The notes beneath the pieces were generated by a model, which saw only the letters and a list, made by a program, of their open reading frames with translations, made no database searches and was not told the origin of the DNA. This document shows positions 63,463-64,000 of a stretch of 64,000 bases of DNA, in pieces (position 1 is the first letter of the stretch; the number at the start of each line of letters is the position of its first letter). The DNA is from Camelus dromedarius (Eukaryota). The position numbers and the translations under genes were made by a program. The DNA lies in contig NC_087436.1 of assembly GCF_036321535.1 (NCBI RefSeq), positions 98,458,001 through 98,522,000 of the forward strand, read 5' to 3'.

Positions 63463-64000
63463 ATGGCAATAAACACACATCTATCATTAATTACTGTAAA
63501 TGTTAATGGACTAAATGCTCCAGTCAAAAGACACAGAGTGGCAGACTGGATAATAAAGCAAGAACCTTCAATATGCTGCATACAAGAGACCCACTTTAGG
63601 GAGAAGGACACATATAGATTGAGAGTGAAAGGATGGAAAAGGATATTCCATGCAAATGGAAAAGCCAAAAAAGCAGGTGTTGCAGTACTGATTTCAGACA
63701 AAATAGACTTTAAAACAAAGGCCATAAAGAAAGATAAAGAAGAACATTTTATAATGATTAAAGGAGTGATACAAGATGAGGATATTACACGCGTTAATAT
63801 ATATGCACCCAATATAGGAGCACCTAAGTACATACAAGTATTACTAACAGAGATAAAGGGGGATATTGATGGGAATACAATCATAGTTGGAGATTTTAAC
63901 ACTGCATTAACATCACTAGACAGATCTTCCAGACAGAAAATAAACAAGGCAACAGAGAAATTAAATACTACAATAGAAAAACTAGATTTGGTGGATATTT
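63463..64000 (+). CDS. L1 ORF2p N-terminal APE-like endonuclease (partial, open to window end)
   Basis: Manual translation MAINTHLSLITVNVNGLNAPVKRHRVADWI...CCIQETH...NIYAPN...IVGDFNT...LDLVDI with no stop in 179 codons. Absent from the ORF track, presumably because no stop lies in the window. Confidence 0.93.
   Translation, partial: MAINTHLSLITVNVNGLNAPVKRHRVADWIIKQEPSICCIQETHFREKDTYRLRVKGWKRIFHANGKAKKAGVAVLISDKIDFKTKAIKKDKEEHFIMIKGVIQDEDITRVNIYAPNIGAPKYIQVLLTEIKGDIDGNTIIVGDFNTALTSLDRSSRQKINKATEKLNTTIEKLDLVDI

Larger units (their letters stand above)
60473..64000 (+). mobile_element. Young full-length-type LINE-1, 5' 3.5 kb (continues beyond window)
   Basis: CpG-rich 5'UTR starting with YY1 site AAGATGGCGG (60483-92), then ORF1, spacer and ORF2 endonuclease in canonical order. 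Confidence 0.98.

Overview
AT-rich mammalian genomic DNA, almost certainly camelid (camel/alpaca/vicuna). The basis is two copies of a tRNA-Ala-derived SINE matching the camelid vic-1 family. I recognise no host protein-coding gene, RNA gene or prokaryotic-type system; the window looks like a gene desert or large intron. The only real coding sequence is LINE-1. One copy is a doubly truncated ORF2 fragment (10337-12330). The other is the 5' part of a young full-length L1 (about 60473 to the window end) with a CpG-rich 5'UTR, a disrupted ORF1, a ~400-bp inter-ORF spacer and an ORF2 endonuclease frame open to the edge. Also present: two young ERV1-type solo LTRs with perfect 4-bp TSDs, many old MaLR/ERVL LTRs, MIR, L2, old L1M fragments, hAT DNA transposons and microsatellites. 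Best leads: (1) a splice acceptor plus strong-Kozak 75-codon ORF in the L1 spacer whose stop overlaps the start of ORF2; (2) a perfect RFX X-box next to a forkhead site; (3) a tail-less L1 that looks internally primed; (4) an LTR with promoter motifs, a variant poly(A) signal and downstream splice donors. Repeat subfamily names come from recalled consensus sequences, and old-repeat boundaries are approximate. I cannot claim a new biological system from this sequence alone.
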